Assembly (NCBI GenBank): GCA_002269645.1
Contig: NIVC01004526.1
Location: 1-43,268 of the forward strand
Reading direction: 5' to 3'
Length of the DNA: 43,268 bases
Origin: Macrostomum lignano
Taxonomy: Eukaryota
Numbering within the stretch: position 1 is the stretch's first letter; the number at the start of each line of letters is the position of its first letter. Of this stretch, positions 30,042-38,442 are shown in pieces. The translations under genes and the position numbers were made by a program. The notes under the pieces are model-generated. The model was given only the letters and a program-made list of their open reading frames with translations, ran no database searches and was not told where the DNA came from.

Positions 30042-31957
30042 CCTATACTATTTTAGATGCAATTTGCCAGTCAAGACTAAAGACAACTGAAAGCAAAGAA
30101 AAATCATAAAAATGTCTAAAGTTGATGAAGAATAAAGGTAGTATTAGTAAAAGAAAATAGTCCCTTTGGCTGATCTTCTGGCTAGGCCTAGGCTTCCTGA
30201 TGTAGCCATTATATCAAGTGACAGCAAGACCAGTGCTATTATTTTTCTAGCAAAATGTCAAGTTACTAGGGCCTATTTTGCTAGCAAAATGAGACCTCAT
30301 TTTTTCATAAGGAAATAAACAAATTCTTTTACTCATTTTTCCACACATCCAGTTCTGTAGTGTTTGGCACAAGGCTAGAAAGTGAACACTTCCTTTTTAA
30401 TAATTGATCTCCATCAATAGACAGTATCACTGCTAGTGCTAGATATGATGACAACAAGACCAAGAAAGTATATACGACTATGAAGTAAGTGAGAGCTCTA
30501 CATGTATAAGAGTAATAACATGTAGATGGAGCAAGGTAAGCATAAAGTTTCTATAAAATTTCTATCAGGCCCTATCAAAATGACCTTTTACCAAATTACT
30601 AGGCCTAGCATAGTTACCTTTATTGCCTGCCCCCTTTGGCAGAAACCTAAAAATGAAAAGGACTAAACAAATTTTAGCAAAATATGGAATCATCCTTTTA
30701 TGCTTTAGGCCTATCCCTTTTGGGATCTTTACCCTCTAGTCTAGTCTTACGATTACGAGTATGAAGTCAAGATTTAAACTTAAACTTGAAGCTGAAGCCA
30801 AATTCATGCCATGGTTTGCACCCTATTTTATTCATTTGTAATTCTCTAACCATGTAAACAATATAGGGGCCTAGTTAGTAGTGCAAAGACAAATCGACAT
30901 GATCGTAGCTTCTTCAATTCTTTGTCCGTCCGTCTGTCTCCATTATAATTATAATAATCACCGCGGGTGTATTTCTTTCATCAGCTGAATCATTTAATTT
31001 TTGTACTAAATTTAACAAAAATTGCAAGAAACATAATCAATGACGAAGCTATTAGTCACACAGCATGAACTTTTAAGCAAAAGTAAATATGGTAATATTT
31101 ACACAGGCTTGTTGAAGCGCACTGCTTTACAATTTCATCATAAGCATATGAAGGCCTTTTCCAAGGACTATATATAACGTGAGTAGGCCTTGGCATTTAA
31201 AACTGATGATTTCTGATGAGAATCAGGATCAAACTGGAAAAATAAAGGCATCGAAAAATTAGTATACTGCCGCTAATCTTTATGATCGAGCTTTGCGCTA
31301 AGAGTTATTTCCGTCCTTCATTCGTTTCATTCCGATTCAAAAGTAATTATAAATTGAGCAATACATCTGTACATGTAGTTATACAATTGAACAACATGTA
31401 CCATGGATAGATCCGAGCTATGTGTTTATGTGATATGTACATGCATTTGTAGCTAGGCTGACCACAAAAATGTAATGTACTTGCAGAATTTATATTCAAG
31501 GCACTAGATATAAACTCAAGCGGTCGATTTGGCTGTAGATAAAAAATAAAGCAGTACATGTACACTTGATGCATTTCGTTCAATATAGGCCCTCGAATTC
31601 TATATTTAAATATATCGCGTTCCTACAAAAGCCTTCACCAGCTCAACCACTCTCATCAATTTGAATCTCAATTAGATAGACCTGCTGCCGCTAATTAGAC
31701 TCTATCATCTGCCCTCTCCCCTTATATTCGTAGGGCTCGTTTTGCAGCTGCATCTCATATCACACTTTAACTACGTACCATACAAGCATGTGCAAAGTGC
31801 TGGTTGCGAGCCTCCAAGGGTCAGGAGTGGAGAAAGCTTACATAAGCTAAACTCGCAGGTTGAAGAGAACGTAAAAAAACCATGCCAAGTTAAAAATTGG
31901 CAGAAGCAAGGCAAGCGTGTCCGAGAGCGATTTAATTAATGCATTGTTTGCATTTTC

Positions 31958-34240
31958 AGCGCAAGCCCAGCAGGGCGGATTGGTTTGCCAATGGCTGAGT
32001 GAGAGCTGGCCCTGAGGACTGCGTGGGCCAGTAGAAGCCGAGGAGGGCGAGCCGCCAGGTCCTCAGAGTGCACAATAAAGAATTGAAGCTGTCCCAGCTG
32101 CGTGCGGTTCGCTCGCCATCAGCTGAAAGTGAACGCAAACTAATACCACACTGAGAGGAAGCTGTTAAAAATAACCAAGGACCCTGTGAGTCTGGCCACA
32201 CAAGAAGCGCACTTGTGAGCCTCATCGAGGCAAGAGTGTTATACCTTATACCACTTCCCAGCTTTTCAACACTAGCTGTAGGCATATACGGCATACACAG
32301 AGCTCAGAGATTCGAACTGGAATCAAAGACTCTCAGCACAAACAGAACAGTGCTGCATGGCCTCAAAGTGATTGGTTCTGGGGCTATTTGAGACTTTCTA
32401 CATCGAAACGACGATGATTGAGGCAGCCGCTTTAACAGTGGGTGTTCATCAGCTCGAGCTGGACGTGCCGATGCTCCCGACGACCACTTCGTCCGCTGTG
32501 GCCCCGACGGCAGCGACCTCGACTGTCGACAGCGGCCTCACCATCGCCAGCGTTGTTGGCGTTGTCGGAGGAGGCTTCCAGGCTAGCGGCAGCAGAAAAG
32601 CTCAGCAGCTGAGCAGGCGGCTGCAGGGGCGACCGACAGGCAGCGACGTCAGCGCAACCAACGGATTGAGGTGAGCCGCGTTCTGTAAGCGCAAACTAAT
32701 ACCGCACTGAGAGGAAGCTGTTACAAATAAACAAATCTCGGTAACCATAGCAACTCAAGTTGCATTAACCCAACAGAGCAACAACACATCCCAGATCAGA
32801 CCTGGAAAATTCAATCCAGGAATTAATGAAAATTATAAAAAAATTGCCTGGCTGAGCTGTCGCCTTTCCTCATGATAGAAGAAAAATTGAATTGGATTTA
32901 AAAAAATGAATTTCACTGATGGCGAGGCTGCACAGAATACTGAGGCCCAGAGAGGAAAACGGGAAGAAAACTTCAAAGTGGATTCCGCGACAAAAGTGCA
33001 GATTCTTTAATTTGTCATAAAATTCAATTTTATTGGCAGCTCGTCAAGCAGAGCAGTTCAAAGTTTTATTGCATCGGGCCGCGCTGCTAATGGATTTGAG
33101 TATTTTATTGAAATTGAGGGCCAGCAGGCACGTGGAGTGAATAAAAAATGGCGATTAAACGCGAGCGGTCCACTGACAGTCATAAACGCATGGGGGGACG
33201 CCAGACTAGCACCTTAGCGAGCGATTATTGAATTATGGATTGGGATGGGATGGGATGAGATGGATGGGATGGGATGGGGTATGGAATGGGATTGGATGGG
33301 ATGGAATGGGATGGAATGGGATGGAATGGGATGGAATGGGATGGAATGGGATGGGATGGGGTATGAGGGGATGGGATGGGATTGGATAGGATGGGATGAG
33401 ATGGGATGGGATGGGATGGGATAGGATGGGATGGGATGGGATAGGATGGGATGTGAAATCGGCTGGGATGGGATGGGTTAGGATGAGATGGGATGGAATG
33501 AGATGGGGTGAGATTGGGATATGAACCGAGCAGGTTCACTTTGCTGGTATGGGATACCTGTAAGGCACATGTAGCAGCTCAATAAAAATGAAGGATGCCA
33601 GCATTGCACCAGCTTTACAGAGTGCCCTTGGATGCTCTGCGCAATGGTAGCGCCTGTGCCGTTGGCTGCGTTACCTGCTCTAGCTGTCTAAAGTCATGGT
33701 TAAAATACTTTTCTTACAGGAAAGCTCGAAAACTAGAGATTAACCCCGTTCATTCGAATCACCCACAGCCCACGGGCGTCAAGCTTGGGAGCAGCAGCGG
33801 CGTCGGCAGCCCCAACAGTTCGAGGCGGAGTCGGCGCAGTCGGCAGCGGCGCGAGCCGGGTGCGGCCGCTTGGTCAGTGGAACCGCCGCTGGTCGCAACT
33901 CGCAGGTCAGTCGCACCAAACCAACGAAGTCGGAAACCTGATCGGTGGCGGCGGCGGTGGCGGCGGCCGACTGACGGCCCGATTGGAGGAGGCTGCGACA
34001 TCCGGGCGAATGTCCGGCAGGCAGACTTTGGCGCCGCTGCCGTTCGGGCTGGTGCAGCGGAGGCCGAAAACTTCCGCCGGAACGGCGCTGCCTGCGGCAA
34101 CTGCTCCGGCCGCGGACGCTGCCGAAGATGCAAAGAAGCAGCTGCAGCAGCGGCGACAACAGTCGAGCGATGGAGAGGCATCCAACACGGCAGCGACGAC
34201 CAGCCAGACTCAGCGGAGTCCCAACACCAATGGGGAGCAG
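31958..34240 (+). CDS. Probable exons of an unidentified host gene (low-complexity product); its intron appears to host the Polinton
   Basis: GC-rich blocks bounded by splice sites: tttcag|31958, gag|gtgagc at 32670, ttacag|33720, gcag|gtctgt at ~34240. No recognisable domain. Confidence 0.3.
33236..33520. repeat. (ATGGG)n pentamer satellite
   Basis: gggatgggatggaatggg... Confidence 0.93.
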
Positions 34241-34334
34241 GTCTGTACAGTTTACAGAGGCACTCGCGAATCGTCATTTAAAAATACGTGTACCTGTGTA
34301 ACTCCTCTTTTGGGGAAGCTGAAACTGAAAGCGT

Positions 34335-34632
34335 TGGAACTGAGATCTTTGGAACTGAGATCCCTGGAACTGAGATCCTTGAAACCGAGATCCTTGGAAC
34401 TAAGATCCTTGGAACTGAGATCCTTGGAACTGAGATCCTTGGAACTGAGATCCCTGGAACTGAGATCCTTGAAACCGAGATCCTTGGAACTAAGATCCTT
34501 GGAACTGAGATCCTTGGAACTGAGATCCCTGGAACTGAGATCCTTGAAACCGAGATCCTTGGAACTGAGATCCTTGGAACTGAGATCCCTGGAACTGAGA
34601 TCCTTGGAACTGAGATCCTTGGAACTGAGATC
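34335..34632. repeat. 15-bp minisatellite truncated by the Polinton insertion
   Basis: Unit ggaactgagatcctt; the last unit stops after ggaactgagatc, immediately before AGTAGT. Confidence 0.95.
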
Positions 34633-34901
34633 AGTAGTATAGAAAAAGACGCTTCTAGACCCAGAGCACTTTTTTAATGACCGTTTTAAGGGTCTAGAGG
34701 GGGGACACGGGGGGTAAATAAAAAAACACATCTAAACACCATTAACACATCTAATCACCCATAATCACCCCTAACAATAAAAATCATTCCCAACACTTCC
34801 AAACACTCCCCAACACCCCCTCGCGTCCCCCCTCTTAAGACCTTACAAACGGCCATTAAAATAAGGTCTGATCTGTAAGCGTCTTTTTCTATACTACTAC
34901 T
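34633..34901. repeat. Terminal foldback: 22-bp perfect and ~85-bp imperfect inverted repeat around a nearly G-free loop
   Basis: AGTAGTATAGAAAAAGACGCTT (34633-34654) versus AAGCGTCTTTTTCTATACTACT (34877-34898); the pairing extends to the ...GAGGGGGGAC/GTCCCCCCTC motifs. Confidence 0.9.
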
Positions 34902-34955
34902 CTATAACCCCTTGCCCGCGCCGCAGGCGCGAAGGGTCTTTTTCTGTTACTAAAA

Positions 34956-35270
34956 ATGACCCGAGTTTACACCTTTTCTGTTAGTGATACTTTTGAGACT
35001 GTTGCTAAAAATGCAGAGATAATAAAACAACATATTTTGAATGGAATAATTGATGAAGTTTATTTAAAATATGACGACAAGCATGACCTAAAGCTTTATC
35101 CATTAGAGCTAGATGAGATGTATGATTTAGAACAAGAGGGTGAGTTAATATTTCAACTTGGAGATTATTTAAATTCGGATGATTGGGAGGTTAGATCAAC
35201 AGATTCCGAATCAACAAATAGTTCATATGAAACCAGTGATTCAGAGAATGAAAGTGAAATTTTTATGTGA
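34956..35270 (+). CDS. Small acidic hypothetical viral protein
   Basis: 104-aa ORF with TAAAAATG start and D/E/S-rich C-terminus. Confidence 0.65.
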   Translation: MTRVYTFSVSDTFETVAKNAEIIKQHILNGIIDEVYLKYDDKHDLKLYPLELDEMYDLEQEGELIFQLGDYLNSDDWEVRSTDSESTNSSYETSDSENESEIFM

Positions 35271-35286
35271 AAAAAATATTTAAAAA

Positions 35287-35541
35287 ATGAACTATTATTC
35301 TATAACAGAAACGACGTTTATTATGAAAAATATATATAAAAAAATGAAGGTAAATCGAACCCATGGTTCGCGTGCTTTGCACGATTATTCCTACATCGGA
35401 AATGTTCCAATTAATGAACTTAATGAAAATTTAAGTTTGATAACAGTTGAACAAATGTCAATAATAATATTAGTAACAATAATAGTAATAATATTGTTTT
35501 TGTTTGTAATAAAAAATTTACTACCATGTTGTCTTAAGTAA
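35287..35541 (+). CDS. Small single-pass membrane protein (viral)
   Basis: 84 aa; hydrophobic stretch IIILVTIIVIILFLFVI followed by PCCLK. Confidence 0.6.
   Translation: MNYYSITETTFIMKNIYKKMKVNRTHGSRALHDYSYIGNVPINELNENLSLITVEQMSIIILVTIIVIILFLFVIKNLLPCCLK
35354..35385. repeat. Double-hairpin element copy 1
   Basis: AT-CGAACC-CAT-GGTTCG-CGTGC-TTT-GCACG-AT. Confidence 0.9.
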
Positions 35542-35551
35542 CTGTTCGAAC

Positions 35552-37159
35552 TTAGTTCGCTGATATTAGTTGGTTCTCATAAAACGAACCCAATATTTCT
35601 TCACCGTCCTTATCAGCAATTATATAGGTTGTAGGATTGGTATTTAAAACTTTACTGATAGTAAATTTCTCACTTATCTTCCAATATCCTTTTCTTCCTT
35701 TTTCAAACTTATCTTTCCATTTATAGATATAAACAGAATCACCAACCTTAAAAGATTTCTTTTTATTTTTTTCAAATTTTCCAAAAGTAACTTTAACGTT
35801 TTCAGGATTGTTATAAGCTTGTTGAGGAGTCATCTTTATCGCCGAATGATATGAATTGTTATAATCTTTCACTACGTCTGGTAATATTTTTACCCATTTT
35901 TGGTTACCATTAAGACTAAACTGAAACCACAATTTCTTACCTAAAGTTCGATTAAATCTTTCTATTAATGCGTTTTTGCTTTCTCCATAAATAGAATAAA
36001 TTTTATTAATATACTCCCCATTCGCGTCTTTTTTCCTTTCTTGTCCTTTTTCAAAATGATATAATTTATACATATGAGGATTGTAAAATTCTTTTCCTTC
36101 GTCAACACACAAACGATCGCTTTTTTCTCCAAGACTTCTAAAAGCAGCAGCAACATCCTCTCCTTTTTTGGATTTCAAAGGAACAGCCCACGCGTATCGA
36201 GTAAAACCATCTAATATGGTTAAGATATATTTATATCCTCTTTCGTTCGGCATCGACATTAAATCAGCATACCAAATTTCATTCTTTTTGAAGTTCATGA
36301 TTTTTCTATAAAATTTCGGTTTTCGATATTCTTTATGAAGAATCTTTGCCTCATCAGAACTTAACCCACCACCACTTAACAACAAACACTCAACACAATT
36401 ATTTCCATGTTGATTATAATTAATTCCCAAACCAAATTTAACTTTAGACTGCAAGATCTTTTTAACCATCCACCTAGTTAATTTTTGACCTACCGATAAT
36501 CCCTGCAAGTTATCTAATCCTTGAATCATTTTTTGATCGGCTTCATGTTTTAATCTTAATGCTTCCTCGGGTGTGTTCTTATCAGCATCTCTGTATGCTA
36601 AGTCATGATAGTATGCTAACCAATCAATTCCATTTATGGGAATTGAATCGGCTTTTGGGGTGTCATCAGGATTTAATCTCAAATCTAAGCGAGTGCCGGG
36701 TAGTTTACCCTCAATCTTTCGAAAGAGGCTGGAGCACACCTTAAGCGGCGATAATTACCGCCCATCTCCGTCTGCTCTCTGAACCTTCTCCTTATATTTA
36801 AAATACTTAGGAGCTTGGCTGCGCATTGCCACCGTGTCTTCAAGCTTGTTACCATCGAACCATAGGTTCGCGTGCAAAGCACGATTGGGAAGAGGAGTTA
36901 CCTCTGTTCCTTCAAAAGATTTCTCAATTGAAGTGGTACTTGAAGCTGTATGATGGGTTTCACGCAATTTGGAGATGTCGCCACAAATAGTGACTAGCAA
37001 GGACATTGCCTTCCTCACTCAGGCCACGGGTTAACCTGTGAAGTTCATTGATGGTAGGTGTAGTTCCCCTGTATATTTACCAGTAGTAAAGATTGGTGGT
37101 AAGCTTGTTAATCCTTTTTGAACATCTAACAATCCTCCTTCAAACACTATTTGGTTCAT
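35552..37159 (-). CDS. Parvovirus-type phospholipase A2 fused to retroviral-like (rve) integrase; two exons (37159-37034, 36700-35552; 424 aa) split by a group I intron
   Basis: Joined sequence ELHLPSMNFTG|PGTRLDLRL...PINGIDWLAYYHDLAY (PLA2 GPG loop and HD dyad). Integrase DDE motifs IWYADL, LCVDEGKEF, IERFNRTL. Typical Polinton integrase C-terminus FKVGD..V.I...F.KG...W...F.I.KV....PTTY.I.D..GEEI.G.FY. Confidence 0.88.
36701..37033 (-). ncRNA. Group I intron, subgroup IC1-like, 333 nt, ORF-less, terminal nucleotide A
   Basis: Minus-strand core motifs: P AAATTGCGTGAAA (36970-36958), Q AATGCGCAGC (36827-36818), R GTTCAGAGAGCAGA (36784-36771), S AAGGTGTGCTCC (36742-36731). P1 has a U-G pair at the 5' splice site. 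P3 CATCTCC/GGAGATG, P7 G-A(bulge)-GAGCA/TGCTCC, P9.0 AG/CT. Excision restores the frame and the GPG motif. Confidence 0.9.
36854..36885. repeat. Double-hairpin element copy 2 (inside the group I intron, P5 extension)
   Basis: AT-CGAACC-ATA-GGTTCG-CGTGC-AAA-GCACG-AT. Confidence 0.9.
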
Positions 37160-37709
37160 TTTTAATAGCCTTAAAAATACATGAAAGCACCAATTGTTTT
37201 GCAAACTCTTCAATGGTTGGTTGTTTAACTTTTTTATAGTTATTATCTACGCTAGTTAAGTATCTTTTATTTGTCCAATGTTCAGACTTTTTCATCTGAT
37301 CTTCATCTTTGTAACTAAACGAAGAAGCGGGAATGAAATGATCAATATCTAAATTTCCAGTATAATCTTTTGAAACATAATATTTTCTTGTGAAATTTAA
37401 CCAATCAAAAAAGAATTCTTTTGTGCAATCAAGATATGAGATATAGTCCTTGTCATTAAAATTTTTCAACGCCCAATTTATTCTATTTCTAATTAAAACA
37501 ATATGTTTGTAATTATCATCATTGTGATACTTGTTTTTTCTATATTCATTAAATTTATCTTTATTGTTTTTCATCCAAATAGTAGATGAGGTATTATGAC
37601 AAGATCGACAATCATTTCTAAATTTTTTTGAATCATTTCTCCAAAAATAAAATTCTTTCGTCATTGGTTTTTCTTGTTTACACTTAATACAAATCTTTTT
37701 AGGTTCCAT
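37140..37709 (-). CDS. Free-standing HNH-like endonuclease with N-terminal Zn finger (giant-virus/EndoVII-related type)
   Basis: CIKC...CRSC zinc finger; LDIDHFIP...HWTNKRYL...DNNYK gives the DH/N/N pattern. Confidence 0.72.
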   Translation of the reverse strand: MEPKKICIKCKQEKPMTKEFYFWRNDSKKFRNDCRSCHNTSSTIWMKNNKDKFNEYRKNKYHNDDNYKHIVLIRNRINWALKNFNDKDYISYLDCTKEFFFDWLNFTRKYYVSKDYTGNLDIDHFIPASSFSYKDEDQMKKSEHWTNKRYLTSVDNNYKKVKQPTIEEFAKQLVLSCIFKAIKNEPNSV

Positions 37710-37736
37710 TTTATAAAAAATAAATTTAACAATTAA

Positions 37737-38408
37737 TTAAACTCCAGTATGTCCAGCAGCTTTCGCAGCAGCTAAAACAAGTTTTCGCGGTGTTTTAAAT
37801 CCTTCTCCAACAGCTGGTTTGTTATTTATAGAATTAACAATCCTTTTATACAAGCTGGTATTTTTAGCAGCTCTTACTCCCAACTCATCATAAAAAATTT
37901 TTGCACTTACTAATTCATCCCTAGTATATAATTCAGGGTTAAATTTTACCCTAGGGTTCATAACAATATTATATGCTCCGCCCAATTCTCTATATAGTTC
38001 ATTTCGATTTTTATCAACTCCACCAATTCGATAATTATTATTACCTAAATCTGTCACAGCAATACTAGTTGGTGCAGCTCTCGGATATTCATCAACTCCA
38101 CCCCTTTCTGCAGCCCTAATCTCTGCAACTCTCAATTGAGCTTGATCAACATCATAAGCTGGCGGCTCATCCAAAATTTCATCCTCTTTTGGCTCCGTAT
38201 TTTTAGCAATTTTTTCCAGAAGATCTTTATCTGTTTTTTCTAGTTCACTAATTTTCCCAGTAATAGGATTAACAAAAGGAGCAGCAAATCTTTCACCCGC
38301 TAATTGTATTCCTAACTTTCTTTTTTGTAAATTTCTAACAAAATCAGAATATCTTTGCTTCTCTTTATAAATCGCTAACTCTCCATCAACGTCCATAAAT
38401 TGACTCAT
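37737..38408 (-). CDS. Putative Polinton core (pVII-like) protein
   Basis: 223 aa; VGEG followed by KLVLAAAKAAGHTG resembles the C-terminal motif of Polinton core proteins; divergently transcribed from the MCP. Confidence 0.4.
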   Translation of the reverse strand: MSQFMDVDGELAIYKEKQRYSDFVRNLQKRKLGIQLAGERFAAPFVNPITGKISELEKTDKDLLEKIAKNTEPKEDEILDEPPAYDVDQAQLRVAEIRAAERGGVDEYPRAAPTSIAVTDLGNNNYRIGGVDKNRNELYRELGGAYNIVMNPRVKFNPELYTRDELVSAKIFYDELGVRAAKNTSLYKRIVNSINNKPAVGEGFKTPRKLVLAAAKAAGHTGV

Positions 38409-38442
38409 TTTTTAACATAAAAAACTTTTTTAACTTAAAAAA

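Noticed and set aside
34633-34901. Independent MITE insertion
   Set aside because: Flanks GAGATC and CTATAA (or ACTCTA) do not form a TSD; kept instead as a terminal foldback
36713-36739. Start of the 395-aa integrase ORF as listed in the ORF track
   Set aside because: It is not an ATG in the element's start context and lies within the intron's S/P9 region
36755-37018. 87-aa ORF inside the intron as a possible homing endonuclease
   Set aside because: No LAGLIDADG, GIY-YIG, HNH or His-Cys motif, no TA(n)ATG start, and it runs through the ribozyme core
36690-37040. Spliceosomal reading of the insert using CAG|GTTAAC as donor
   Set aside because: The nearby AG acceptors I checked give stops or the wrong frame and do not restore NFTGPG; only the group I boundaries do
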